Source: Omnitrophica WOR_2 bacterium GWF2_43_52 (lineage in GTDB: Bacteria > Omnitrophota > Gorgyraeia > Gygaellales > UBA12090). Taken from it: a DNA stretch of 64,000 bases. Made by a program: the position numbers and the translations under genes. Where the stretch lies: contig MHGF01000034.1 in NCBI GenBank assembly GCA_001805445.1, positions 102,451 through 166,450 of the forward strand, in the 5' to 3' direction. The notes below the pieces were generated by a model, which did not search any database, was not told the DNA's origin, and saw only the letters and a list, made by a program, of their open reading frames with translations. Numbering within the stretch: the first letter of the stretch is position 1; every line of letters begins with the position of its first letter. This document shows positions 46,135-53,885 of the stretch, piece by piece.

Positions 46135-48166
46135 AAAAGCTCGTTGTTTTCTCCATCTTTATTATCTTCGCGGTTATCTCTTCAGGCTGTAATACTGTTA
46201 AAGGCGCAGCAGGCGGTCTTGCCAAGGATGTTTCAACGACGTGGGAAAAGGCAAAAAAGGCTGATGACTGGCTGCAAAAGAACGCCTGGTAGTATTTATC
46301 CGCTCTATTTCTAAAATAGCCCTCTTTTTTAAAGGCGCGCAAAGGTGCAGCGCTTAAAAAAGAAGGATACGCTATTTTTTCATTCCTAAGATATGCCTTT
46401 TCTGCCCTGTCGTCTAATCGGTAGGACATCAGATTCTGGATCTGAGTATTGTGGTTCGAGTCCACACGGGGCAGCCAATGTTGACAACTGGCCGAATCAC
46501 CGCTTAGCGGTGCAGTAGGCACAAGCGCCTTACAGGCTTCTGTAGGGCGCTTTTCTTTTATGGTGGGGATTATCTTGGGGAGGATATCCTCAAGCGGCTC
46601 TTCAATATACATATTGATTATTAACCTGTCATTATACACGAGGATATCCTTGATCAGGGCTTGTATGAGGCTTTTCTGGGCTTCCGGAGGGGCCTGATCG
46701 ATATATTGCATGGCAAAGGCTATGTTCCGGTGCAGAAACTCGCCGGAATGGGCATTCATGCTGGTGACTCTCTTCTGGGCCTGCAGTTTGTCTATCTCAT
46801 CTTCCAGCTTCGCAATCTCCAGCTCCAATTCATTCATTTTATCCTTATAGGTCGAGCCTTTGGCAACCGTGTTGCCCATGGCCAGCTCCAGCAGCTTATT
46901 GGCCTGGTGCCGGAAGGCATTCAGTTTCGTTTCTTTTTCTTGCAACTCGCTATCGATTTTCTCGAGCTTCACCTGCGACTCGAGAATGGCGTCTCCGATG
47001 GCTTTTATGATGATGCTCTGGTCCCTGGATGCGCGCTTGAAATAATCGATTATGGCCTTGTCGAAAGTAGTCGCGGATAAGCGGGCATTGGAGCATCCGA
47101 GAGCCTGTTTGGCGCGGCTACAGTCATAGTAAAAGAACTTCTTATTGCCTCTGCCATTGGTGAAGTTACAGACCATATGGCTTCCGCACTCGCCGCACTT
47201 GATGATCCCGGCAAGGAGGTATTCGTAGTATCTTTCTTTCTGCACGAAGTTGTGGCCGGGAAGCCTTGCGCTCAATATCCTGTTGGCTTTTTCCCACAGC
47301 CTTTCGTCGATAAGTGCTGGATGGTTGCCCTTGTGGTACTCTTCACTGTATTGGATGTATCCTTTGTAGAAAGGATTTTTTACAATCCTCGAGATGACCT
47401 GTCTCCGCCATTCCTTGCCGTTCATTGTTTTTAGCCCAAGCTTATGCAGTTCCAATCCTACCTGCGTGAGCGATTTGTTATCCGCGGCCATTTCCCAGAT
47501 GACTTTGAGGTACGGAGCAATTTTCTCGTCGAATACTATCTTGTGAGGCTGGCGTCCGTTAGGCAGGGGTGCGCCGTCCGGTATAAGCGTATATCCATAA
47601 GGCACCCTGCCACCAACCCATTTGCCCTGCCGCACACGCGCGATAGCAGAAGCTTTCACGCGCTCGCCGGTTAGCTCTCGCTCAAAGGCTGATAAGATCC
47701 CGAGTATACCAATTACCACTCTGCCTATGGCGGTTGAGCTGTCGAGGTTTTCTCTTACCGAGACAAAATCGATTTCATTTTCCCTGAATAGGTCAATAAG
47801 CCAGTAAAGGTCCCGGGTATTGCGGGTCAAGCGGTCGAGACGGAAGAAGATTATTCCGTCAAACGGCGCTTTTTTACGTACGTGGTCGATAATCATCTGG
47901 ATGCCGGGCCGGTTGAGGTCTTTGCCGGAATATCCGTCATCATTCACTATGCCTTTGTCGCCGATCTTGGCAAGATCGTGCCCAAAAGCGTCGAGCATGT
48001 TTTTGCAATGATGGGCCTGGGCATCAAGGGTCGTGAAGTCGCCCTGGGCCTGGTCGTCGGTGGAACAGCGCGTATAAATCACATATCGTTTCTTTTCGGA
48101 TTTTTTGTCTGGCGTTACCACAAGAGCTCCTTGTTTTACAACAACCCCTATAACAAAACGCTTCAC
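46118..48166 (-). CDS. Large serine recombinase (phage integrase); the 3' ~560 nt of the ORF read through attL, tRNA-Gln, the entericidin-like gene and the gltX 3' end
   Basis: Resolvase catalytic domain YVIYTRCSTDDQ, recombinase domain, zinc ribbon CGECGSHMVCNF...YYDCS, coiled coil. No in-frame stop until 46118. Confidence 0.8.
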   Translation of the reverse strand: MKRFVIGVVVKQGALVVTPDKKSEKKRYVIYTRCSTDDQAQGDFTTLDAQAHHCKNMLDAFGHDLAKIGDKGIVNDDGYSGKDLNRPGIQMIIDHVRKKAPFDGIIFFRLDRLTRNTRDLYWLIDLFRENEIDFVSVRENLDSSTAIGRVVIGILGILSAFERELTGERVKASAIARVRQGKWVGGRVPYGYTLIPDGAPLPNGRQPHKIVFDEKIAPYLKVIWEMAADNKSLTQVGLELHKLGLKTMNGKEWRRQVISRIVKNPFYKGYIQYSEEYHKGNHPALIDERLWEKANRILSARLPGHNFVQKERYYEYLLAGIIKCGECGSHMVCNFTNGRGNKKFFYYDCSRAKQALGCSNARLSATTFDKAIIDYFKRASRDQSIIIKAIGDAILESQVKLEKIDSELQEKETKLNAFRHQANKLLELAMGNTVAKGSTYKDKMNELELEIAKLEDEIDKLQAQKRVTSMNAHSGEFLHRNIAFAMQYIDQAPPEAQKSLIQALIKDILVYNDRLIINMYIEEPLEDILPKIIPTIKEKRPTEACKALVPTAPLSGDSASCQHWLPRVDSNHNTQIQNLMSYRLDDRAEKAYLRNEKIAYPSFLSAAPLRAFKKEGYFRNRADKYYQAFFCSQSSAFFAFSHVVETSLARPPAAPLTVLQPEEITAKIIKMEKTTSFFIHLL
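46131..46292 (+). CDS. Entericidin-like small lipoprotein
   Basis: My translation gives MKKLVVFSIFIIFAVISSGCNTVKGAAGGLAKDVSTTWEKAKKADDWLQKNAW; lipobox ISSGC; ATG overlaps the gltX stop. Confidence 0.55.
   Translation: MKKLVVFSIFIIFAVISSGCNTVKGAAGGLAKDVSTTWEKAKKADDWLQKNAW
46403..46477 (+). tRNA. tRNA-Gln (CTG) with U1:A72 pair, CCA encoded
   Basis: TGCCCTG-TC-GTCT-AATCGGTA-GGAC-A-TCAGA-TTCTGGA-TCTGA-GTAT-TGTGG-TTCGAGT-CCACA-CGGGGCA-G-CCA. Confidence 0.85.
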
Positions 48167-48261
48167 AAGTCAAGCGATATCAATGGGGTCTTTAGGGCTT
48201 AGAATATAGGCATCTACTGTGTGTATATCGGTTTTTTTCGTGATTTGTCACAGGGGAGGTG

Positions 48262-48290
48262 TGACAGTTTTAAAGAAAATCCGATATACA
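48262..48290 (+). promoter_or_regulatory. Phage promoter/operator cassette, copy a (TGACAG-17-TATACA), with inverted copy of ccgatatacaca at 48219-48231
   Basis: ggggaggtgtgacagttttaaagaaaatccgatatacacgttttagaggtgagcg; same ~55-bp block at 49192-49245. Confidence 0.45.
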
Positions 48291-48309
48291 CGTTTTAGAG
48301 GTGAGCGAT

Positions 48310-48531
48310 ATGGGACAGCGGACAAGAATTAATTTCGATAAGCGATTCGGAGGCCGGATCCGTGTGGTTTACGCGCAAAAAACTTCCGCACTAGATAAAC
48401 AACTCCAGAACGGAAAACTCTGCAAGGCGATAATAAAAGTCTTATCCGGCATTTTGGGCAGAGAACCGACACAGAGAGAGATCCTGGGATTGGACGACAT
48501 TTCGAAATGTAGACTAAAAAAGCACAAATAA
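48310..48531 (+). CDS. Hypothetical phage early protein
   Basis: ORF with RBS gaggtgag; directly downstream of the conserved cassette. Confidence 0.4.
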   Translation: MGQRTRINFDKRFGGRIRVVYAQKTSALDKQLQNGKLCKAIIKVLSGILGREPTQREILGLDDISKCRLKKHK

Positions 48532-48616
48532 CTCTCTTTGGCCCCTCCGTAAGGTGAACCCATACACCCGGAAATTAGCTGAGCAATTTTCGGCTTGAAA
48601 ACCAAGGGGAGGTGTT

Positions 48617-49183
48617 TTGAATTACGGAGGGTTATTCGAAAGCTGGGAACTTGGTGTCGCAAAAAGAGTAATCAATGATTACAGGAGAGAACATAGAAGT
48701 CTGGCTCGGGAGGGATTCGATGACCTATTGCAGGAGTGCCTTATCCATTGGCTGGATGTCCGGGATCAATATGACCCAGGCCGCGGCGCCTCGAAAAAGA
48801 CATACATGGCGGAGGTCATCGGGAACGTGCTCGGACATTTGGCCGAGAAGACAAGAACGGATAAGCGAAAAGCGATTTACGAAAGCGTCTCGCTGGATGA
48901 GCCTCTTAACGATGATGAAGATTCTCCTACCTTAAAAGACAAGATCGCCCAAAGCGACGATGTCCTGCCGCAAATCAAGTCCGAACTCAAGATAGAACTT
49001 TCCAAGGCATTCCAGAAACTCACTCCCCAACAACAGAAATTGTGCAAGTTGCTCGGCGAAGAAGGCCTGACCATCACCGAGGCCTGCAGGCGGCTCGATA
49101 AGCACAGGATGATCGTTTACCGGGAGCTTGCCCGGATAAGGGAGCTTTTCGAGAAAGAGGGGCTCAAGGATTATTTGAAATAA
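48617..49183 (+). CDS. Phage-encoded sigma-70 family (ECF-like) sigma factor
   Basis: Region-2-like DLLQECLIHWL and region-4-like HTH LTITEACRRLDKHRMIVYRELARIR. Confidence 0.55.
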   Translation: MNYGGLFESWELGVAKRVINDYRREHRSLAREGFDDLLQECLIHWLDVRDQYDPGRGASKKTYMAEVIGNVLGHLAEKTRTDKRKAIYESVSLDEPLNDDEDSPTLKDKIAQSDDVLPQIKSELKIELSKAFQKLTPQQQKLCKLLGEEGLTITEACRRLDKHRMIVYRELARIRELFEKEGLKDYLK

Positions 49184-49198
49184 TTTTTGCAGGGGGTG

Positions 49199-49227
49199 TG
49201 ACACTTTTGGGAAAAACCCGATATACA
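49199..49227 (+). promoter_or_regulatory. Phage promoter/operator cassette, copy b (TGACAC-17-TATACA)
   Basis: gggggtgtgacacttttgggaaaaacccgatatacacgcattggaggcgagtg. Confidence 0.45.
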
Positions 49228-49246
49228 CGCATTGGAGGCGAGTGAA

Positions 49247-49522
49247 ATGACGGATGTATGCAAGTTTAAATTCCTTGAGAAGGTAGGCAAGAAAACGATC
49301 GAGAAGGAGATTGCCCGCGCCATCGAGACCGCGGAATACACCTTTGGCCAGGCCAAGGTGCGGCTTCACGCCGGGTATCTGGCCACGAATGACAAGGCGG
49401 TTATCGACGCATCGAGCGAGGTCGGCGAATACATCGCCCAGATATTCATTGGCCTTATGACCCGTAAGCTCGGCGAGGACAAGTTCACCGTGGAAAGAAT
49501 AAGGAGGAGCGACGAACTATGA
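49247..49522 (+). CDS. Hypothetical phage protein
   Basis: ATG after RBS ggaggcgagtgaa; track ORF from TTG at 49232. Confidence 0.4.
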   Translation: MTDVCKFKFLEKVGKKTIEKEIARAIETAEYTFGQAKVRLHAGYLATNDKAVIDASSEVGEYIAQIFIGLMTRKLGEDKFTVERIRRSDEL

Positions 49523-49698
49523 AAGTCATAACAGGCTTAAAGAAACTCTACAAGGGCTTGAGCTGGTATAACCGCGACAGGCTTGTCGAAGCAAACCGGC
49601 CGTTTGGCAAGGATCCGAAAGAATTCATAAGGATGCTGATTTGGTTTCTAGCAATTCTATCTATCATCGGCATCGCTTTGGTCATCGGGAGGCAGTAG
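49519..49698 (+). CDS. Small membrane protein (59 aa)
   Basis: My translation gives MKVITGLKKLYKGLSWYNRDRLVEANRPFGKDPKEFIRMLIWFLAILSIIGIALVIGRQ; ATGA overlap with the upstream stop. Confidence 0.3.
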   Translation: MKVITGLKKLYKGLSWYNRDRLVEANRPFGKDPKEFIRMLIWFLAILSIIGIALVIGRQ

Positions 49699-49701
49699 AG
49701 A

Positions 49702-49953
49702 ATGTTTGACGACGGCCAGGGAGATTTATTTCTATCCAAGGAAAAACAGCTTTTGAAATGGTGTAGGCAGAAGGGGGTTTTCTCAAAAGCCGAGGTTATT
49801 TCCTTTGGCACCAAGAATTATTATTTGCGGGCCGACAGGACAGTCAGAGATTTTGTCCGGCAAGGCATAGCGAGGAAGATCGGCAAGGACGAATGCATGC
49901 GGCGTAACCTCAAGGGCAAAATGGCCTGGTATGAATTCGTAAAGATATTATAG
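49702..49953 (+). CDS. Hypothetical phage protein
   Basis: ORF only; tightly packed operon. Confidence 0.35.
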   Translation: MFDDGQGDLFLSKEKQLLKWCRQKGVFSKAEVISFGTKNYYLRADRTVRDFVRQGIARKIGKDECMRRNLKGKMAWYEFVKIL

Positions 49954-49959
49954 GGAATC

Positions 49960-50760
49960 ATGGCAAGGATCAGATACCTAAAACCGGATTTTTTCAAAGA
50001 CGAAGACATAAAAGAATTGCCTTATGAAGCGAGGCTGTTCTATCAGGGCTTATGGGTTCAGGCTGACCGGGAGGGCCGGGGCGAAGACAGGCCGGAGAGG
50101 CTCAAGATAGAAATCATGCCTTATGACCAGGTTGATGCCGAAAAGATAATGCAGCTTTTATCCTGCCCCAAGAAGAACGGTAAGAGGCCGTTCATAGTCC
50201 GTTACGAGATAGATGGCGAGAAATATTACCAGATAATTAACTGGCGAAAACATCAGAAGCCGCACAAGACCGAACGCGACAGCGATATCCCACCACCACC
50301 CAAAGAGCTTTTAACCGTTAGGCAACCGTTAACTAACGGTTATGCCACGAATATCTCAGTTGGGAATGGGGATGGGGATGGAGAAGGGAATGGGGAAGAG
50401 ATAGTTAATAAACAGGCCGAGTCAGCTGGCGCTGTTTCTCCTAAAACCAAAGAGTTATTGGATTCGGTATATAGCCAGGGATTCAATATTTACCAGCTCA
50501 TCAATAAATTCAAGAAGGACGCGCATTGGCGCAAGGACGAGAGCATCCCGGATGAGGTCTTGAACAAGATCTGTGAGCAGTACCAGAAAGATAAAGACAC
50601 TATCAGAGAGCCCTATCCCTGGTTTATCAAAGTCCTAAAGATGGAGAGCGCTTCTTATTTCGCCAATAAGAACATTGGGGAAAGCGCCAGGTTCAAGAAG
50701 GAAGGCATCGGGAAAATGGCGGATATATTGAGGCAAATGCAGGGACAGGCAAGCGATTAA
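49960..50760 (+). CDS. Hypothetical phage protein (possible replication/organiser role)
   Basis: 266 aa; acidic Gly/Asp linker (GNGDGDGEGNGEE) between two globular halves. Confidence 0.4.
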   Translation: MARIRYLKPDFFKDEDIKELPYEARLFYQGLWVQADREGRGEDRPERLKIEIMPYDQVDAEKIMQLLSCPKKNGKRPFIVRYEIDGEKYYQIINWRKHQKPHKTERDSDIPPPPKELLTVRQPLTNGYATNISVGNGDGDGEGNGEEIVNKQAESAGAVSPKTKELLDSVYSQGFNIYQLINKFKKDAHWRKDESIPDEVLNKICEQYQKDKDTIREPYPWFIKVLKMESASYFANKNIGESARFKKEGIGKMADILRQMQGQASD

Positions 50761-50773
50761 TGGAGGGTTAGCA

Positions 50774-51133
50774 ATGAGAACTGTAAAATGTCGAGATCTT
50801 AGCGATGCAGTCAACGGGCTTCAAAAGTATATTGATAGGATTTGGCACTCCTATCCGGGATTTACTGAGTCAAGCGGTAGAAGAAGATGGCTTAAGGCTG
50901 TGCCGGAAGATTCCTATGGTGAGGATAGATACAGGGTTGAATTATGGGTGCTTGAAGGGAGCCCAGTAAAGCAAATTGTGGTCATAAATCATACCATGAA
51001 AGAGATCTGTTGCCACGATGGTACGTTACATAAGGAGATTAGGTTTGTTTGGGATGTATACGATGAAGAGCGTTATGGGTCCTTCCAGAGGGGGCGTGCG
51101 GCGAGGGTCAGGCGAGGCGCACCCTGTCAGTGA
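50774..51133 (+). CDS. Hypothetical phage protein
   Basis: ORF only. Confidence 0.35.
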   Translation: MRTVKCRDLSDAVNGLQKYIDRIWHSYPGFTESSGRRRWLKAVPEDSYGEDRYRVELWVLEGSPVKQIVVINHTMKEICCHDGTLHKEIRFVWDVYDEERYGSFQRGRAARVRRGAPCQ

Positions 51134-51270
51134 TTGCGGGTTTGAAAAGTGATGTCGTGGTCATATGGGTAAAAGGCCGGGAAAGCGGCAACCAGGGGGC
51201 AAAACGCTTGAAATACGCTGTAAATAAAGGGGTTATGGACTAGTAATTCATATTCAAGAAGGAGGCGGCA

Positions 51271-52608
51271 ATGGCAAAAATCAACGTAAAACCGGACATT
51301 TTGGAAGTTAAAATGTCCGATTTAAAACCGGCACCTTACAACCCGCGGGAAATCTCGGACGAAGCCCTTGTGGGCCTGCGGCACTCGCTGGAGAAGTTCG
51401 GCCTGGTGGATCTTTTGGTAGTCAACAAGCGCAACATGCGTATCATATCAGGGCACCAGCGGTATAAGATCTTACAGCAGGAAGGCGTGGAAAACGTGAC
51501 CGCGATCATGGTGGATCTGGATGAGATTTCCGAGATGGCCATGAACGTGACGCTGAACTCCCAGGAGATCGTTGGATCCTGGACGCAGGCAATCATTCCG
51601 CTTTTGGAGAAGTTGCGCACCGAGGCTTCGGATGATTATCTTGCGCTTCGCATGAAGGAGTTGCGGGATGAGGTTTCGGAGTTCGAAGCCGAAAACATGG
51701 GAGCTGGTAAAACACTGCCTGATGATATTCCGGAGCCGCCGGAGAAGCCTGTTACCAAAAAAGGCGATCTGTGGATCTTGGGAGAGCACCGGCTTTTGTG
51801 CGGGGACTCTACTTGCGAAGGAGATGTCGCAAGGCTTATGGCAGATCAGAAGGCAAGCCTGTTTGCGACGGATCCGCCTTATTGCGTTGACTATACCGGA
51901 GCCGACAGGCCGACTGGCGGCAAGGATTGGTCCGATGTCTACCATGAGGTAGATATTCCGGATGCAAAGGAATTCATAAAGTCGTTTTATAAAGTGGGGC
52001 TCAAATATATAAAAGAAAACACCGCCTTATATTTGTGGCATGCTTCGAAGCGTAAGGCGATGATTGAAGAAGTCTGCGATGAATTGAAGTTGTTGCTTCA
52101 TCAGCAGATTATCTGGGTAAAGCCCTGCGCTATTCTCACCTATTCTTTTTACTCCTGGCGGCATGAACCGTGCCTTTTGATGTGGGTAAAAGGCCAGAAA
52201 CCGCCTTACCGGCCAAAAGACAAATCTATCGGAAGTGTCTGGACGGTCGATTTACTGCGCTCAGGCGATCCAACGAACCCTGAGTATTATTCGGATATCT
52301 GGGAACTGGACTGGGAAGGCAAAAAAAGAAACACCGGAATCAAACATCCTACGGTCAAACCCACGGAGGTATTCGCCATTCCCATGAGGGTGCATACCGC
52401 GCCGGGCGATATCTGTTATGAGCCGTTCTGCGGTTCGGGCTCGCAGATTATCGCCGGTGAGCGGCTGAACCGCCGGGTGTTTGCTATGGAAATTGAATCG
52501 GTCTTTTGCGATGTCACAATACAAAGGTGGGCAGATTTTACAGGAAAAGACCCTGTTCGGGAAAGTGACGGGAAAAAGTGGAGCGAAGTTAACCAGGGAG
52601 AAAAGTGA
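51271..52608 (+). CDS. ParB-like nuclease domain fused to a DNA N6-adenine/N4-cytosine methyltransferase
   Basis: N-terminal KPAPYNPREISDEAL...GHQRYKIL; DPPY motif (LFATDPPYCVDY) and SAM motif YEPFCGSGSQIIAGERL. Confidence 0.8.
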   Translation: MAKINVKPDILEVKMSDLKPAPYNPREISDEALVGLRHSLEKFGLVDLLVVNKRNMRIISGHQRYKILQQEGVENVTAIMVDLDEISEMAMNVTLNSQEIVGSWTQAIIPLLEKLRTEASDDYLALRMKELRDEVSEFEAENMGAGKTLPDDIPEPPEKPVTKKGDLWILGEHRLLCGDSTCEGDVARLMADQKASLFATDPPYCVDYTGADRPTGGKDWSDVYHEVDIPDAKEFIKSFYKVGLKYIKENTALYLWHASKRKAMIEEVCDELKLLLHQQIIWVKPCAILTYSFYSWRHEPCLLMWVKGQKPPYRPKDKSIGSVWTVDLLRSGDPTNPEYYSDIWELDWEGKKRNTGIKHPTVKPTEVFAIPMRVHTAPGDICYEPFCGSGSQIIAGERLNRRVFAMEIESVFCDVTIQRWADFTGKDPVRESDGKKWSEVNQGEK

Positions 52609-53219
52609 TGTGCAGATTAGATGTAAATGACAAATACAGAAAATTCATAGGTGAAATAGACCTGCATGCTTACGCGGACAGATACAAAGATATTTTAGAC
52701 TGGGTTACGGCAAGAGCCAATCTTCCGGAGAGAATATCAAAAATCATCACAGATTATTATTTCGATGAGCTGTCCACGCTGAAAACTGTCAGCAGAAAGC
52801 ATAATGTAACCCCGGAAAGAATCAGGCAGTTATTATGCAAGGGCGTCCGGATGATTGGGCACTCCCCGAGAAAAGAAAGGCTGATTTGCCATTTGGACAG
52901 CAATTATGAAGCGTTGCTACGTGAGCGCAAAGAACTGGAAAAATCCCTCAACGAAGTGAACATAAGAATCGGGACGTATCATAAAAAGTATTTTCTGCAT
53001 CGGCATAATGAAACAGATATATCCACTCTGGAGACTTCGGTTAGGACAGCCTGCTGTTTAAAGACTTTAGGAATAAGAACAGTCTCAGATTTATGCGGAT
53101 ATACGGAAAAAGAACTGTTGAATGTGAGAAACTTTGGGAAAAAAAGCCTTTTGGAAATTAGGGAGATCTTATTTTCGATGGGGCTGTCTTTAAAGCAACC
53201 ATACATCGGAGATATTTAA
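52605..53219 (+). CDS. Phage protein with sigma-region-4-like HTH and a C-terminal RNA polymerase alpha-subunit CTD-like domain
   Basis: C-terminal SVRTACCLKTLGIRTVSDLCGYTEKELLNVRNFGKKSLLEIREILFSMGLSL resembles the alpha-CTD motif as I recall it (VRSANCLK...NLGKKSLTEIK...LASRGLSLG). Confidence 0.55.
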   Translation: MMCRLDVNDKYRKFIGEIDLHAYADRYKDILDWVTARANLPERISKIITDYYFDELSTLKTVSRKHNVTPERIRQLLCKGVRMIGHSPRKERLICHLDSNYEALLRERKELEKSLNEVNIRIGTYHKKYFLHRHNETDISTLETSVRTACCLKTLGIRTVSDLCGYTEKELLNVRNFGKKSLLEIREILFSMGLSLKQPYIGDI

Positions 53220-53885
53220 ATGGCAGAGCAGAATAAGAAACAAAACCTGGCAGAGATTGCCCGCAAGAAAAGGCATCTTTATTTGATCGAGAAGATGCAA
53301 AGCAGAAAACCTTTGACCGCCCAGGAGATTGCCGAGCTTGAGCAATTCGAGGCAGAACCATTGGGGCCTGCGGTCGTAAAGACAATGGAGGAAGTTGCCA
53401 AGGTCATGGACGTTGCCTACAGGACTGTCCAGCGCTGGAAAAAAGACGGCATGCCTACCACCAAAGAAGGCTTTTATGATCTCGATGAAATCAAGGTCTG
53501 GCATGAACAGCGCAATTTAGATCAGGCCGAAGACCGGGCCTATTGGAATACGAAGATACTGAAACATAAGGCAACTTTGCTTGAGATGGAGGTCAAGAAA
53601 GCGACTTCTGAATTGATGCCCCGGGAGGAAGTGGAGAGAGGCCGGATTGCAAGGATCATTGCCGTTAAGAGGTCCTTCCTTGCCCTGCCGACGAGGATGG
53701 CCCCGGTTTTGGCCATGAAAGAACCAAGGGAAATCGAAGCCGAATTATACCAGGCAATAATAGAAATCATAGAGGAGTTTGCCAGAGATGACGATAGTGA
53801 TGACCCAAGACAGGAAAATCTGGACGCCGCAGGAGAAGCAGGAGTGGAAACCGCCGGAGAAGATAACAGTCAGCCGGTGGGCTGA
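53220..53885 (+). CDS. Terminase small subunit (putative)
   Basis: HTH VAYRTVQRWKKDGMP, acidic C-terminus, directly upstream of the large terminase. Confidence 0.5.
   Translation: MAEQNKKQNLAEIARKKRHLYLIEKMQSRKPLTAQEIAELEQFEAEPLGPAVVKTMEEVAKVMDVAYRTVQRWKKDGMPTTKEGFYDLDEIKVWHEQRNLDQAEDRAYWNTKILKHKATLLEMEVKKATSELMPREEVERGRIARIIAVKRSFLALPTRMAPVLAMKEPREIEAELYQAIIEIIEEFARDDDSDDPRQENLDAAGEAGVETAGEDNSQPVG

Noticed and set aside
46118-46500. Treating the full 682-aa integrase ORF as the native protein
   Set aside because: The distal ~185 codons are antisense to tRNA-Gln, the entericidin-like gene and the gltX 3' end; this is most likely read-through created by integration, so the functional C-terminus is uncertain.
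51472-52524. Minus-strand ORFs 51472-51945 and 52261-52524
   Set aside because: Antisense to the ParB-methyltransferase gene, which has clear DPPY and SAM-binding motifs.
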